A stretch of 64,000 nucleotides of DNA from Trichoplax sp. H2 (lineage: Eukaryota): NCBI GenBank assembly GCA_003344405.1, contig NOWV01000242.1, forward strand, positions 1 to 64,000, given 5' to 3'. This document shows positions 48,801-62,051 of the stretch, in pieces. The translations under genes and the position numbers were made by a program. The number at the start of each line of letters is the position of its first letter. Position 1 is the stretch's first letter. The notes beneath the pieces are model-generated. The model was given only the letters and a program-made list of their open reading frames with translations. It was not told the DNA's origin and made no database searches.

Positions 48801-51800
48801 CTTCAGATTTAAATGAAGAACTTGGACAGGTATTATTTGCTATAACTATAGTACATGGTATTTAAATTTCAAAATTAGTTACCGCACATCTACCCAAATT
48901 AGTATTATCAGCGTAATCTTGATGTAAAAATTTCCCGCCGACGCACATTCTTGATGCGCTCTTGTCATCTATTCCACGCGTATATAGATTGAATACTTGT
49001 TTAGCGACAAGACAGGAACTCTAACACAGAATGATATGCAATTTCGGCAGTGTTCGATATATGGAAAACGATATAAGGTTAGTTATAACATTAAAGTACA
49101 CGATTATATTTAAATTTTTCTTTTATTAAATAATTTTTGATCGCAATTTACACATTGACTAGGAAATTGATGGCAACTTGCAGCTTTTATTGGATCAAAA
49201 CTATGAAAGTTTGGAAGATTCATCGGTTAGCAATATATCTTACTACGAGCGGCGTTATAATAAAATAGATATTATTACCCATGGAATCAATTTTATATCC
49301 CATTATAGGATTCACTGCAGCAATTTCTCATTGCTCTAGCAGTGTGTCACACTGTCAAAACAGAACATGAAGCTTCAACAGATAGTATTGTATATCAGGT
49401 AAGAATAATTAAATTTGCTCTAAAATTATACTTGTACATTTGGCAGTCCTATCTTGTACTCCAATAATAAATGACCTATTTGACTTGTAGGCTTCATCAC
49501 CGGATGAAAAAGCTCTCGTTGAAGCCGCTTCAAAGTAATTATTTTATATGATGATTCTCATATGGTTTAGATATTATGCAAATATCCTGGTGGTAGAAAC
49601 TGAAAATAATTAAATAAATCCTGACATGTTTATTTCGTTTGTTTGGCAGATTTGGTGTTAGCTTTCGTGATTGTGTTGATAACGCTCATGTCGTTTTGGT
49701 ACATGGGAAATTACAAAGGTTTCATTATAAACATCTTTGCTTCTTTAATATATTTTAAATAAGAATCTGTCATAAAGTGAGTGCTACGCTTCATATTCGT
49801 AATGTAGGTTCAAAATTTTACACGTTCTTGAGTTTGATTCTGATCGTAAAAGAATGAGCGTTATCGTCAAAGATCCATCGGGTAAAATTTATTGCCTTTG
49901 TAATAATATACAGAGTACTTTTATTACTTTTATAACAGCTATGTGACAAATTTACTCGCCTTTCTGTAGGTAATACTATTTTGATTTGCAAGGGCGCTGA
50001 ATCTTCTGTATTAAGTCGGGCGAAAGATGGCGCTATTACTCACACTAATAACGACGTAAACTATTACGCAAAGGTTATTAAATAACAATGCTTCATAATG
50101 ACTGGAAATCATATACTCGTATTGATTAGCTTATTGTAATCGGATGTTCTACCTTAAACAGCATGGATTAAGGACCCTTGTTATTGCCTTTCGTCGGTTG
50201 TCAGTTGCAGATTATGAAATGATGAATGAAAAGGTGAGAACATATTATATGATCATCTATAACGTATTAAATGTATGCATGATGATTTTATTAAATTGAG
50301 TCGATTATCTTATGGAATGGAATTTTTTCTATTATTAAACAGCTTCATGAAGCTAAAACCGCTATTGGCGATAGAGATGCAAAGGTAATGTATTGAAACC
50401 TTTAGTAAAGTCAGCTAATGTAAACGCTTATTTCTTGTTAACATTGAAAATATTGAGTATTGTTCATTACGATTATATATCATAGCTTGCTAGTGCATAT
50501 GATTATGTTGAGAGAGATTTAACAATTATTGGAGCAACGGCTGTGGAAGATAAGCTACAGGAATGCGTTACTGAAACCCTAGAGTCGTTACGCGAAGCTG
50601 GAATTAAGGTTTGTCGCACATTACGTTTTACTTTAAAAGTAAATACACGTAAGAGTGATCACTCTGTCAGATAAAAACTTAATTTAATAAAATGATAACA
50701 TAATTCGGGTTTACAATTATTTCAGGTGTGGGTTCTGACCGGTGACAAACAGGAAACTGCTGTTAATATTAGCCATTCCTGTGGACACTTTAGTGTATGT
50801 TTTCTACAATCATCTAAAATTTCATTTTAAATTACCATAGCAACATACTGGTAATATCTAAACATTTTCGCTTGAAATATTATAGACTGGCATGGAAATC
50901 ATGACTGTAAATGCTAACAATAACGTGGAATGCTCGTCACTATTGCAAGATGTCAAAGTCAAGTACGTCATTATTTCGATAGAATCTATCGAAACTGTTT
51001 CGCGGCTAAATTTATTATCTTACATTCCAAATGCAGTCATTAGCTAATGTATTGAGCTCAACTATTTTAATACATCATGCGTTACTGATCTAATTAACTT
51101 ACGTGTCTATTTCAATCAGAATTGATGGAAGCCCAGGTGGAACTAAGTTCGCACTTGTTATTAACGGAATGAGTCTATCATTTGCGTTGAGCAGTTGTCA
51201 AGGTAGGTCATAAGCATATCTTGTTCTACTAATTCTTGATTAGGCATTTGTTAATGGCGTTTTGTTTCTTCATAGATCTACTGCTTAGTGTTACGAAACA
51301 TTGCGAAGCTGTATTATGCTGTCGTATGTCACCGCTACAGAAAGCTAAAGTATGAGTTGACTTTAATTTCTAAATTATGACTCTAGTTCTAGCTTATATA
51401 AACAAGTAAATAAGCAGACTAATTTGTGCTTGTAATTTCTAGATTGTACGAATGGTAAAAGAAAATGGCCATCACCCAACAACGCTTGCTATTGGTGATG
51501 GAGCGAACGATTGTAGTATGATCCAGGAAGCTCATGTCGGAGTTGGTATCATGGGTAAAGAAGGCCGTCAAGCTACGCAATGCAGCGATTATGCAATCGC
51601 CAAGTTTAAATACTTAAAGCGTTTATTACTTGTTCATGGTCACTGGTACTATATTCGTATCGCAACCTTAGTTCAATACTTTTTCTATAAAGTATGTACA
51701 AAGCTTGTTCATTCTATTCGTACTTTAATTGCAAATTACCGTCAATGGTAGCGATAGAAATAAATAATTACACTTCTATTTCTATCTAATGACAGAACGC

Positions 51801-53275
51801 CGCGTTCATAACTCCAGAATTTTATTTCGCATTCTTTTCCGGATTTTCAGCGCAGGTAGATCTAACATAATATGGGTATATAGTTGCATTTTATCAGTAA
51901 TACAATTTGAAGATCAATACCTTGTAAGTATTAAATTCTTTAAATATTAAATATTTCAGTCGATGTACGACAGTATTTTCCTCATGTTTTTCAACCTGGC
52001 TTTTACGTCGCTACCTATCCTAATCTTTGGAGTATTTGAACAAGATTTCAATGAACATCATCTATTGCGGAATCCTTCGTTATATAAAATGCTTGCCAGG
52101 AATAAATATATGACTATGAAGGAATTTGCTTGTTGGGTTCTTCTAGGTTAATAGATATTTATTTTGATATCATATCTGGTGAAATCAACTAAATCAATAA
52201 CCTTATCTATTGTACTTTGCCAAATTACGTCATTTTAGGCTATTGGCATTCATTAGTCTTCTTTTTCGGTGTCTACTTTTTATTTGCTGAACAAGAAGGT
52301 GTTTTATCGGCAGATGGCAAGGTAGGAATACCTGTACTGTATTTAATTTTGAGTATGTGGTTATGATTTTTATGTTGAATAAGCTAATACAACTGGTCCC
52401 TTTATTTTTATTGTAGACATTTGATCTTTGGTGTTTTGGAACAATGATTTATACAATGACTGTGGTAGTCACCAATCTGAAGGTATGCTTATGACTTCTG
52501 GGATAATGCTACCTAAAACTAATTTTGTGATTTATAACAACTATTATAATAGCAATGCCATCAATCGTTTTATTATTTTATGTTTAGCTTGCTTTGCACA
52601 CTGAACATTGGACATGGGTTAATCACTTTGCTATATGGATATCCATTTTGTCTTATTATTTATTTACGCTATTTTATTGCGGAATTTATTGGTAAATAAT
52701 AACATTCGATGATAAAGTATCACTGTCTGCCAATGTTAAAGTCATTAATTTTTATTTTTTGATTTATTATCATTAATATTGGCTACTTTAGGCCAACTTT
52801 CCGCAATGGTAGTTCTGATTTATTTTGGATATTTCTAAAGTTGGTAGCTACGCCTGCAGTTTGGTTTAAGACATTTTTACTAATTCTTGTTAGTCTTCTG
52901 CCAGATATTATTTTACGTATTTATTCCACGGAAAAGGTATGATTAATGGTAAAATTCATGGATTTATGATACGGTGTTATGAAATATCGTTACGTATTCT
53001 TGAACGATTACGTCACGCTACGGCTAATATTAAAATATCTCGAGCAAAGTGGCTCAACACTAAAATAACGTTCTATTTAGGTAAAGATTTTGAATTTAAG
53101 TCTTGAAAAAATGGCTAGAACAAGAATGCTGGGAGATCGATTAGCCTCTGAGAATACTAGCCTAAATCGTGATTTAAGAAAACGTAATTATTCCACTGGA
53201 GACCCTAGAAATCCATTAATATCATCTGATAATAGTATTTTAGATATCTCTGATTCACATCAGACCATAGTTTAA
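45814..53275 (+). CDS. ATP11: P4-type phospholipid-transporting ATPase (flippase), ATP11-like; many short exons; 5' exon uncertain
   Basis: Motifs [62 protein letters not shown] (phosphorylation site ~49006), [40 protein letters not shown] and LLVHGHWYY. Start is either ATG 45814 (MGMKLCCRW|) or ATGATG|GTAAGG at 41825-41830; both are phase-compatible with the exon at 46339. Confidence 0.93.
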
Positions 53276-54470
53276 CAGAAATTATAACGCTACTGATTTT
53301 TGTTGCAGCGAAAAACGTGCAACTTTTGTTGTTACCTAATATTGACAGTCATTTCCGCGAAATAGGATATTTTCTCGATCAGTTATTAAGAAAAACTGTT
53401 AAAATGTAGCTTTCCTAATGTGTAATTATACTATTTGAAAAGTTGTAGAAACTATCTTTAAACGATCTAATTCCAATCTAATATGCCCTTTGTTAAAACT
53501 AACAAAGTTTTTCATACGTATCATGTCTTTAAATTATCAAGGATAAGATTGTAAGGCAAATATGAAAATTGTAAAGCTCTAGCTGAATATTTGTAAATTG
53601 TTTGACGAAAGAATCGTTTTTACATTGAGCCGTATTATTTGGTTAGCAGTTTTATCTCCATTACTATGTGTTGTTTATATTAATCTCCATTCCGTGCATT
53701 TAGATGTAAATCAAAGGATTCCATTTCTGTTAAATATTTATATAGCCATTTCTGTATACATGTTTGTAAGCCGACCGACTGTAACGGAAACTGTTGTCAC
53801 TATCTGCTGTGGGTGACTGTAAATTGAAATATACGTATGTATGAATTGCCAGAACTTAGCCTATCCTATAGATCTCAATTTGTATGCCTAATTATAATCC
53901 TTTTGGCATAGCCATTAACGAACTGATTTTCATTTTTTGTAATTCAAAACATGTGTAAACGGTGTATCTTCCTATTTTATATTGTACAATATGATAACAT
54001 CCACACCATTACTTAAGGGTTACTGGTATTGAGGGCTTCGAATGTTAAGCAATAAAGAAATAATGGTTTTTATCACAAGTCTCTATTTTATAGGAAAATG
54101 GATGAAAATTGGTGTAATTCACTTCTATTTTAGATTACGCATTGTATGAGATTTGCGAGCATCCAATAAGTGTCTTTAATGTCGATATAGTATTTAGACA
54201 CTTCAACATTACTATAATTATTTAAGATATTACTGGGAAAAAAAGTCAACCAAAACGTATACAGTACATGCATACGGTCATTGGTAAATGGCTAAATTTT
54301 TTCGGTATTTATTTTAAATTACATAATATTACCATTTCAAAATTTACATTCAAAATTAAGGATGAAAATCATTACTACTGTATAAATAAAGATAGTTAAT
54401 CTATGATGGCATTTGTTGCGGTAGTGTAGCAATTCCTTATTGCATTGCATACACGTGAATGTACAATAAG

Positions 54471-55325
54471 TTAATCGGCTGTAGTTTTCATAGTTAGGAA
54501 ATGATTTCGTAGATATTCCAAGGCTTTTTGACAAGCTTGATGTTGATCTTTTTCACGATCTAATTCTAATCTTATTTTTTCCATTCTATCATTGGCTAGT
54601 TTCATTTTATCATCGTGAAGTTTACGTAATAATTCTTCTTTCCTATCTAAATCTAACTGGAATTGAATTCGTTGACTATCTGATGAATCAGCTAGTTGAT
54701 CTCGTTGTATAGTAACACGATGTAAGCCTTGCTTTAATTCTTGATTTTCTTTCACAGCTTGATAGTATTTAGGTTTTAAATGTTTCATTTCTAAAGCTAG
54801 TGATTTTAACTTTTCATGATACTGTAAAAGTTGTTCTTTATAGTGATCACACTTGATGCGAGTTTTCTTGTAATTTTTTTTATTTTCTGTTGCTAACTGT
54901 GAATAAGTTTGAATTTGATCCTGTAGTTTTTGAACCACTTCATTTAAGCGACGGATTTCTTGTTGATTGACTTGATTTTGAGCAGCTGCTTTCATATTTT
55001 CTTGTTGAGTTTTTGTCAATAGTTGTCGAATGGTTTGTATTTCAGTTTGATTCCATATACATCGATCACTGCCAATAGGTATTTCAACATGATTTTTAGC
55101 CTCTTCTTCAATCATCTTTTTCTTTTCTTCTTCCTCTCGTTGACGAAGCTCTCTCGCTAAATCATCACGGACTTGTGAGTGGATTTGATCTAATGGCTTA
55201 TGGTATTTAGCCAAAAGCGTGTCCAGAACGCTTTGGCAATCTTGGTTGAAATTTTCATTCAATATATCCTGGACGGTAACGAATGGATAATTGGTAGGAA
55301 ATATTTCATCCTTAATATCTTCCAT
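54471..55325 (-). CDS. CCDC160: Coiled-coil protein, CCDC160-like; single coding exon with a 5' UTR intron (~55337-55807)
   Basis: 284-aa ORF with long heptad coiled coil. N-terminal PFVTVQDILNE and C-terminal IRLELDREK..ALEYLRNHF resemble the conserved ends of CCDC160 as I recall them. Confidence 0.6.
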   Translation of the reverse strand: MEDIKDEIFPTNYPFVTVQDILNENFNQDCQSVLDTLLAKYHKPLDQIHSQVRDDLARELRQREEEEKKKMIEEEAKNHVEIPIGSDRCIWNQTEIQTIRQLLTKTQQENMKAAAQNQVNQQEIRRLNEVVQKLQDQIQTYSQLATENKKNYKKTRIKCDHYKEQLLQYHEKLKSLALEMKHLKPKYYQAVKENQELKQGLHRVTIQRDQLADSSDSQRIQFQLDLDRKEELLRKLHDDKMKLANDRMEKIRLELDREKDQHQACQKALEYLRNHFLTMKTTAD

Positions 55326-56088
55326 GACGATGTTTCCTGCTTTTAGCTTAAATATGAGACGATAAAATTAATCAAGATCTTACTCGTAATAAAATTATTG
55401 TCAAGAGTTTTATGTAAGCTTGATTACTATTCTATCTTTATTATTGATGATATTACTATAGTACTTTTACAATCGAAATTGTAGCAGTAACATTTTTACT
55501 GCGGCAAATGATCGATCTAGCAGGTAACTTACAGTATCAAAAATTATAATGATGTACAAAGTAAAGCAGAATTCATTGTAGTAAATATACCAGCAATACC
55601 CGAATGATGATATTTACAGGCTTTAATTTAAAGTTGATTATTGCGCCTTAACCATCAAATAACTGTTTAAATAATATGCATCATTGATTTACTCTAAGCT
55701 GATGAAGTACTGCAAATCTATTACTGTGTTCCAACTTTATAACAAACGGATAATGAGCAAACCATGACTACTACGTTCACGAATGATATCCTGATCTTTA
55801 TGCTTACCTCTTTCGTGGATTAAAATCGCTGATCAGTAGCAATTAGGATTCACTCTTGTTTCGAATTGTCCATATTTCTTATTCAATAACTACAGCGTTG
55901 AAATGATCGATACGATGGTAGATAAGTTATTTTACAATTTCTACAACATCAACACAACTCTGAGCTGGTTAGCATGACAGAGTATATTAGGATACACAAT
56001 ATATAAGGGGAAATAACGTCAGGAAAATATTCAAATTGGACTATTATGTTATCAGAATAACTGGCAATTGGGCGTGAAATAAGCAAGC

Positions 56089-56102
56089 GTTGCCATAACA
56101 AC
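56089..56102. promoter_or_regulatory. RFX X-box-like motif GTTGCCATAACAAC upstream of the CCDC160-like gene
   Basis: Near-consensus imperfect palindrome ~280 bp upstream of the 5' UTR exon donor at ~55807. Confidence 0.55.
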
Positions 56103-57157
56103 GTGAAACTGCACCAAGTCCTCTATTAGTCCTGGTTCTAAGAGGGTAGCCAAAACGAAGTTAATAGAAAAAGAGCTCGCTATAAAAGCAAATCCAATTT
56201 ATCTGAGGAGATATAGAGAGCAAAAAGAGAGTACATACTAACTAGAGTTACTGCCCATTAGCCTTGCTGCAGTGATCGATAGAAGAACATACTTGTACAC
56301 TAGTATTGGACTAGGACTCACATTGATACAATTTACTATTGATGCATGCAGACACTAGACATGATGCAAAATCAAGAATAACAGCTCCAAAATAGAGAGA
56401 TTTCGAGTTGCTGTCAATGTTTACGAGCAGATTGGAGTACGTATAGTTAGGTTTTATGTAGAACTTGCATCTTAAGGGCAAATATAGAGTAGTAGTAGGG
56501 TTCAAATGACTCCTAAACTTGAGGAAAAAATTAAAATCGAACCCTCTTCCACCTACTCCCATACGATCATAAATCAATATAACTCACGGACAATGCTTTG
56601 CGTATCATGACAGTGATCATTGAGGAAAATTGGACACCTTGGCTGATTTCAGTCAAAGCATACTGTGCAAAATAGATGTCATTAGCCAAAGGCCGTTGTT
56701 GTGCCAGTTGACTATTTTAGCAGTCGCTTTACAGTACCAAAAGACTAAAAGTGTACACTATACTGCATGCAACCAACCTTGGAAGCGACTTGAAAGAGCG
56801 CAGTGCTAGACAGGGTAGTGTCCAATCCTATAGCTAAAAAAGAGTTAAAATAACCAACAAAATAAGACGTGTAAAGTCGCTATCCAACACGTGCTAGATA
56901 AATGATCTGGCAGACACCGATTTCTTACCATAGGCAGTATAGAAACCAAATCCATAGGCTGCTATACAGTAAATGTAGTGCTGGATAGCATGCCGATTGA
57001 GTTTTGCTATTGCAGCTTTAACGATTGCTGCTACAGGTTGGCTGGAGATTTTAAACTAGTTATTGCTGGCTGTGCATCCACCAAAGCTGCATACGAGTGC
57101 TTAGCTGCGATCTGAGCTATCATCAATCATCAACATTGCCATCAATAGATAAAGACG

Positions 57158-59872
57158 ATGGAAGATAATTCATTACCTAGTTATCTCTTGTCCATGATCG
57201 ATAAGGGACATGATGATGAGAATATCATGCATTGGATAGATTCCATCGATAGTCTCCAAGTATTCAAGCGAAGTGATAATGATTGCAGACCTGATCAACA
57301 TCTAATCAAGCAATTGGAGGAGACTTTCAATCAATCATCTTGGTCAAGTAAGGTTTATGCTTTAACGATCATGATTGCTTTATTGAAACAAGATCAATCC
57401 TCTGCTTATCAAGATTATTATAAATCATGGTATAAAATGTTGATGCATTTACTGCAAGGGAAAATAGCATCGATGAGACCCAACTTCAAGCGATTAGTCA
57501 ATGTAGCTATAGCGAAATTGCTAGTTAGAATAGCACGCGTAAGTGATACTGCTAATCAATTTATAACTCATCATTTATCTGCATTAGTTCAGTATATGAC
57601 TAAGTTAGATTCCACTCAGGTCGATGGATCATTCTTAGCACTATTGACGACATTGTTGCAACATTATTCTTCTGCATGTGGACAATATCATAAACCGTTA
57701 AGGAGATGGATTATTCAATGCATGCAACATCAGCATGATCTAATTTGGCCTTTAGCATGTCAAAATTTAATTGCATTAACAAAATGCGGTGGAAGTGGAA
57801 ATGCAGGGAGTAAACATATTGAAAATTGGTATCAATTATGCAATGAATTAATCGCCACACTACAATCGGATTGGCATCAATTATATAAAGATATCGATCA
57901 ATTAAAAGGAGAAGGCATGGTCTTAATACCATCCAATGCATCGATATCACCTATTCAATGGCAACCATTGCCAACGGATGAACCCAATCGTACGTATACC
58001 TTAATACATCAAGTACAGGTTGGATGTACATGTTTAACCTTGCTATTACAACAAGAATTTGCCTATCCTGTATCAATTCCCATTGCTACGTTGATCAAGA
58101 TTGTTTCCAACATCATCAATGTCAATCATCGCAATATTCAACAAGATCAACATCGTAACATTGAAACAACATTGCTTTTATCTTGTATATCTAAACTCCA
58201 TTGCCATGCCATTCATTTATTATCTGCATTAATTCATAGTAGTCGTTGCCATCTTCTACCATATTATTCACTTATAACGAAAATTCTTCTCAAAGTATTG
58301 GAGATAACACAACAACAAGATTGGCCTCAGGATTGTCGAAAGCCCTTTTTAACATTACGAAAATTAACTTATCAAGTCCTGTCTGAGTTATTATTACTTG
58401 TATCAACAGATACTTTACAATATACTGATGAATTCATTCATCATATCATGTATGATATGAAGCCTAATGTTTATACTACAAAGTTACAAGCTTCCACTAC
58501 TGCCAATAATTCAAGTCAATCCAAAGTTGGCCAAAGTAAAAAGAAGCGAAAAGGTCGACAATATCAATATGAAGATATCAATTCCAACTTTAGAAATGAC
58601 AACAGGATAAATCCTTTTCTTAATCAGGAGATATGTACAGCAGCTTTGAAATTATTACAGACGATGATTATATGTTTAGGTTCTTCTATTGACGCTACGT
58701 TATTCCAAACGATCACTAACTTTATTACTCAATCGCTGATGCAGATTCAGCAAGGATTCACTTGCAATCCTACTATATCGTCTGGTAATACTATACCTGT
58801 ACCATATTCAAGTGGAGCGTGCCGATTAGAGCTTTATCGTAGCTTATTATCATGTGTTCAAGTATCCTGTTGTAGTAAAATGCCGACCATACTACGTTAT
58901 GCAATTCAGATTTTAAGCCACGGAAAGCGTGATTTCGATATAGAAATTATTAAATTTTGCTATGAAGCACTGGCAACTTGTACGATGTTAATCCATACCA
59001 CTAGACCTACTTTGCCAACAACTGTACCGACTAATAGCAGCCTGACTAGTGGGCAAGACCTATTCAATAAAGTTAACAGTCTTAATCACTTGAATACAGT
59101 TAGAGATACACTTAAAGATAACAAGAATTTAGCTCTATCAAATCAGTTTATTACTACTGTGGATGAACTAAAAGTTGTAAAAAATCTTAGTGATGATAAT
59201 GATGATGGAAATGGGATAGCGAGTAACAGTAATAAATTTGAAATCATTAAGGATTCGTCAACAACTGAAGACCAAGACAATAAACATGTTATGTCATTTC
59301 AGGCATCGAACGCGATACAGCGTCGTGAAATTGCTATGCAAGATCAGCAAAATGATGATAAGGGTGTTGTAGTTCCAAACGTAAATGTTAGTGAAACGGT
59401 TACTATGAACTCTGTTGAAAAAGTTGCAGCCATGTCTAGTAGACAACAGGAAGATAGTCCGAATACATTGACAAATCAGATACCAACGCTAAAAAGAGAT
59501 ATGGATAGTATTGATGAAGGTGCCGGTGTTGGGAAAAACTTTACCAGTAAAGATACAGAACCAGTTAGTAAGCGTGTTCGATTCAATATCAATAACCAAC
59601 AAACAGATACATGTGATGATCTCGAACAATCGGAGATGCAACTTACAAACACAAATGAAACTGCTAAACCGGAGGTAAGAACGTTGTCCAAAATTATATT
59701 GCCGTATTATTTCGATGAACTGTATGTGGAGCACAAATGGACATTATTTTATTATGTCTTATATCAATTTTAGGACAGTACCGATGATGATCGTGTGAAA
59801 GCTATGCTAGACAGTTTCGTCGATTCTCAACCCGATTCCGATGATGTTGATGATAACGATGGCGATGCTTAA
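57158..59872 (+). CDS. PELP1: PELP1/Rix1 ribosome-biogenesis scaffold; 2 exons (intron 59675-59773)
   Basis: Long helical N-terminal region; PYSSGACRLELYRSLL resembles the PELP1 NUC202 region; acidic disordered tail. The GT-AG intron adds last exon DSTDDDRVKAMLDSFVDSQPDSDD..A*, matching the PELP1 C-terminal ML.dFvD.pD motif. Confidence 0.8.
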
Positions 59873-62051
59873 TTTTAGATAGAGTAAATTGAATACTTGA
59901 TGGTTAGGACCATAAATAATTGTAATTTAAATCTGCATTCTACTGTATGATAAAACTCAAATATAAAGGATTATTAATAACATATTATAGTTGTTGTGAT
60001 TGGCAGTTGGATATCGAACGATAGTATAATAGATTTCACCTTTATGGTGACTACTCACTCAATTGCATCAGTCACATAATATCTAATTACTTTTATACCG
60101 TTGTATTTCTACCGAGTACATTAACTAGCAAGCTGATTATTTTAAATGTATAAGTAATCCAGTCATTTAATTTCTTCGATTGAATTCGGAATGAACTTTT
60201 TTATGGCAATTTTGAGTGCCGTACTCTTATACTAAAAAGTGCATTATTATATCAAATATCCTACTAATGATCATACTATGAAGCAACAGTAACGTTATCG
60301 TAAACTTCTGTACAGAGAAAGACGGAAGAGATGATCAGCAAAATAATTATAAAATGACCTCAATTTATTATTCTGAACTGTTATTACATGTTATGTAACT
60401 GCATGCGTTGTGCTGATGTTATCCGTTATTTGCATTATACGCCGTTGTATACAATTACAACTGTGTAGCTGCAAGTTATGTAGAGGCATTATTGCTGATA
60501 ATAAAATTCTATTCGGAGCTCAGCTTCTGTCGTATACCGTTAACTTAATTTTATCATCTGTCAAGGCAAAAGAAAAAATTCCACTTGTAAATACCGTCTA
60601 TGATTTGCATCTTTACATTATATAGGAAACAGAAATTGTAATATCATGTAACTATGTGCAGTATACGCATATATGTATGTGTGTATAACATATGTGTCTG
60701 TCCGCAAGTCCCTTTACAGTATTTAGAATTAGAATCAACTAGTAGAACCCCGCTCGTTATACTTTGCGTATTGTATGTACTTGTACTATTTGCCTTATAA
60801 TTGTTTACCGCCCCTCCAGATAAAACTGTCTAAACTAATGATCTAATTTCTGTCCTAACCTTTAAATTGCAAAAATTCTATAACTAATTTGTACTACCAG
60901 AGTGTAAAAATTAGTACGTGTTAAATGTGACTGAAGTTAGTTTAAACCCAAGTGAGAGAAGACTTTTACCTGTAAGCCAAGCACATTGAAATCCATCATA
61001 TAATTTTGAAAATATATGTAAGTACATTATATTGATGCCAGAACCGTAAATGTATATCATTTAACGTCAACAAACACTAAAAGGGTTTCAGTGATCAAAA
61101 AATGCCAAACTAAGGACCCTGCTAATAAGTACGACCATAACACATAATATAATATCGAAAATCTTCAAACACAACATAACCAATACTATCCACATATTCA
61201 TGTAGACCACTAGAAGTAATCCGATAAAACATCAGCGTTAACGTTATGGCTGCCACGTCTATAATTAATGCAAATATTAAATATCAAAATTACCTCCAGC
61301 AATCGATCAACAGTAAGGTGGCAGGCAATGAACTAGTGTAATATAAACTGCATAGGCACAAAAAAGCTATATTTGAGTATAGTAGGAATAGACTGTAATG
61401 TAAAGCTATCTAGTACTGTATATTCAGTGCAATACAAAATGTCTATATTTAAGAATATGCTAAAGACAGGAGTGAAGTCGAAAAATACTACAGTATGAAT
61501 ATACTACAAATATAAATATACTACAGTATTCCCGAATTAGTGTTATAGAACATGTAATTGCGCTTGATCTTGCCCCCTGGTTCCTTCCCCATCAAAAGGC
61601 TTTGTTATGCTGATTTTGTAGAAAAGTTATACTAGTGGATGGTAATTTAATGTTATTCTTATGCTAACTATTATTCTATTCTGTAATAAAGGGTATAATG
61701 TATAATTGCCAAATTAAAATTGGAAACAGTATAATAATAAGGGTAATAGGTTTCTATAAGGCTGATAATTAGTGAACGGTACACATTACGATACATCTAT
61801 TTCATTTTTTAGCACTAATTAAACCTAATGTTAAAAATTAATAGAAACCGGTAGTTGAAATATAGATCATATGACAATCTAATAAATGAACTATAGCTTA
61901 TTTATGCAACAGCATTAATAGAAGTCATCTACTGTATCTGGAATAAAACTTGACTGATTCGTACTTTAAAATAGTGTAAGAAGGAAGGAGTAGTGTCATA
62001 GCATACAGTGTTTAATGTTAAACTTATTGTAATACATTTAGAATATAAGGT

